DNA from: Craspedostauros australis
Lineage: Eukaryota
Assembly (NCBI GenBank): GCA_030167865.1
Contig: JALAGF010006649.1
Coordinates: 1 to 64,000 of the forward strand
DNA length: 64,000 bases
Direction: 5' to 3'
The notes beneath the pieces were generated by a model. It did not search any database. It saw nothing but the letters and a program-made list of their open reading frames with translations, and was not told the origin of the DNA. Every line of letters starts with the position of its first letter. Within the stretch, counting starts at the first letter, position 1. This document shows, piece after piece, positions 62,149-64,000 of this stretch. The position numbers were made by a program, and so were the translations under genes.

Positions 62149-64000
62149 ATGGTGGCGATAACCAACAACGCACAGCGCATGCAGCAGACACAAAGGAGCA
62201 GCAATATCAGTGGCAACAGTAGCAGTAACAGTAGCAGTAACAGTGACAGTAGCAACGTTGATGGCTGGAGTGGTGACAGTCGACCACAAATACGAGCACG
62301 AGCAGACGTGGAGAATCCCGCAAGCAACCAACCAGCAAACTCAGGAGTTTTGCGGCCGTCCAACACCGTTGATGCTCACTCAATGCCTTCACATGCATCA
62401 TCGCAGTGCCCGGATTTGCGGCCTCCGCTGTCACCATCCTCGACGACCGCATTCCCACCACACACAGCAACACAAGCATCTGAGCCAGCATCAAGCACGG
62501 CGTCGCAGCTGACACCGCGATCGGCCTCCGTCTCGCTCACCTCCCACAATCCCAAGATCAAGGCGAGATTCTCACCATTCGCGGATGACACCCTTCTGCC
62601 GATCCCGGGAAAACTCGTGATGGCCGCGTCAACGATGGCGACATCGCCGTACATTTCCGTTTCTCCCACAACATCAGGGACAACAACAGCAGCAGCAGAC
62701 GGGCCGTTCATTACCAATGCCCAAAGCGAATGCATGCTCATGTCATTGCGAGGCAAGACGCAGAAGCACCCCATCATCATCCAGCCTGTGATGGAGCCTG
62801 TCTACTCCTACCTTCACGAACCACACCACGCAGCTTGCACATCACCAATCACAACACGATCGATACCGTGGGAACTTCTGCCGGCCACCATGGTTCCGAA
62901 TGATGAGGGAGATCTGCAGCAACATCCCCAAAGTCAACGCAGAGGACGACGCCAGCATCATCTCGACTGCCACCACAACGCTACTGCGGATATCCACAAT
63001 CCAACAACGCCAAACAGACAGAGCAGCAAACGCTACACCAACGATGAAGTTCCATGCACCACAGCCAGCAACGGCGAGACTTCATCCGTTACCGCGCCAA
63101 CCCAAGCAGCGACCACAAACGAATGTCATGTTCCGAAGCAGAATTCCAATTCCGGCGACGCGCCCGTTCTCAAATCTTGTCTCAAAACAGCTACTCCCAC
63201 TGCTGCGGCGACGAGCCATGTTTCTCATCTTGCGCTGTCGCGGTCTCAAACCAGGACAAGTGCTGCTGCGGCTTTATCGCCACCCTCCATCAAATCCATC
63301 GCCTTCACACGCACCAAGCCACCAACGGGACGGCGCGTGACGGGATTGTGGAATGCCGAATCATCGTTCACGCGTCTTGCGGAACACACTGTTTCGCACA
63401 CGCTGTCCTTCCTTCCCCTTCTGGATCAGCTCCGCTTCGGCAGGACCTGCTTGCGTCATTCCGCTATCGTCCACGAAGTTAAGGACCATTGGCGTCACGT
63501 GGATGCCACCACGCTCGTGCAACGCCTGCATGCTCATTTCACCGTCAGCAGCGGTCACGCTTGTGCTGAGGCTACCACTACGAGTACGACTCTTGGCGAC
63601 GGCTGCGGAAGCACAAGTGCGGATACCGATGCTCACATCGCCATCAACAATGCTGCTGCGGTCGACACCATCGCGCATGCATCAACTGCGAAACCGTTCC
63701 TGAGGCGATCCAAGTCCCAAGCAACAGCAGGAATATCGGCCGCTGCAGCTCGACCCATTGCGGAACGTGTGGGAAAGCAGCTGGAGAAGCTGCTGCAGCC
63801 CCATCTGTCGCACATCAACGCCCTTGTTGTCCGTCATATTGGTGACCGGCTGTCGGCCCACTCCTGGCTGCCCAACGCGACCAACCTCCGACACCTTACG
63901 CTCACCCACTTCCGCGATCTCACGGACACGCATCTGCATGTCATGTGCATATCATCGACGCCCCACAACCAACGCATGCGTTCCAAGACGTTGCCTTTGA
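62149..64000 (+). CDS. F-box/LRR-like protein, 3' end outside the window (>617 codons)
   Basis: Manual translation from the ATG at 62149 is stop-free to the window end. F-box-like FTRLAEHTVSHTLSFLPLLDQLRFGRTC...HWRHVD at ~63367-63505, and LRR-like NLRHLTLTHFRDLTDTHL near 63885-63940. Confidence 0.8.
   Translation, partial: MVAITNNAQRMQQTQRSSNISGNSSSNSSSNSDSSNVDGWSGDSRPQIRARADVENPASNQPANSGVLRPSNTVDAHSMPSHASSQCPDLRPPLSPSSTTAFPPHTATQASEPASSTASQLTPRSASVSLTSHNPKIKARFSPFADDTLLPIPGKLVMAASTMATSPYISVSPTTSGTTTAAADGPFITNAQSECMLMSLRGKTQKHPIIIQPVMEPVYSYLHEPHHAACTSPITTRSIPWELLPATMVPNDEGDLQQHPQSQRRGRRQHHLDCHHNATADIHNPTTPNRQSSKRYTNDEVPCTTASNGETSSVTAPTQAATTNECHVPKQNSNSGDAPVLKSCLKTATPTAAATSHVSHLALSRSQTRTSAAAALSPPSIKSIAFTRTKPPTGRRVTGLWNAESSFTRLAEHTVSHTLSFLPLLDQLRFGRTCLRHSAIVHEVKDHWRHVDATTLVQRLHAHFTVSSGHACAEATTTSTTLGDGCGSTSADTDAHIAINNAAAVDTIAHASTAKPFLRRSKSQATAGISAAAARPIAERVGKQLEKLLQPHLSHINALVVRHIGDRLSAHSWLPNATNLRHLTLTHFRDLTDTHLHVMCISSTPHNQRMRSKTLPL

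Overview
Eukaryotic nuclear DNA with short GT-AG introns and four N gaps (9000-9101, 17828-17877, 18492-18541, 20376-20586). The gene families point to a diatom or close stramenopile (inference). Host genes: five DUF6824-type genes (four intronless paralogs with low-complexity tails, one fused to a CRAL-TRIO-like region), a 3-exon class III alcohol dehydrogenase/GSNO reductase, a tail-anchored C2-like protein, a mitochondrial pyruvate dehydrogenase kinase, a TP53I11-like membrane protein, a disordered protein, and an F-box/LRR-like gene that runs off the right edge and is missing from the ORF track. Two TIR-bounded elements were found by eye. (1) An apparently intact ~6 kb PIF/Harbinger/IS5-type transposon at 3421-9439. 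It has a spliced DDE transposase, a divergent spliced partner gene with an alpha-crystallin/HSP20-like segment, an internal 11-bp tandem array, and structurally conserved terminal hairpins. (2) A ~7.8 kb element at 17449-25218 with 41-bp TIRs and a TTAG duplication, filled mostly by a decayed RT-RNase H non-LTR retrotransposon. Element 1 is the best candidate for an undescribed system. All domain calls come from motif recognition by eye, not database searches.
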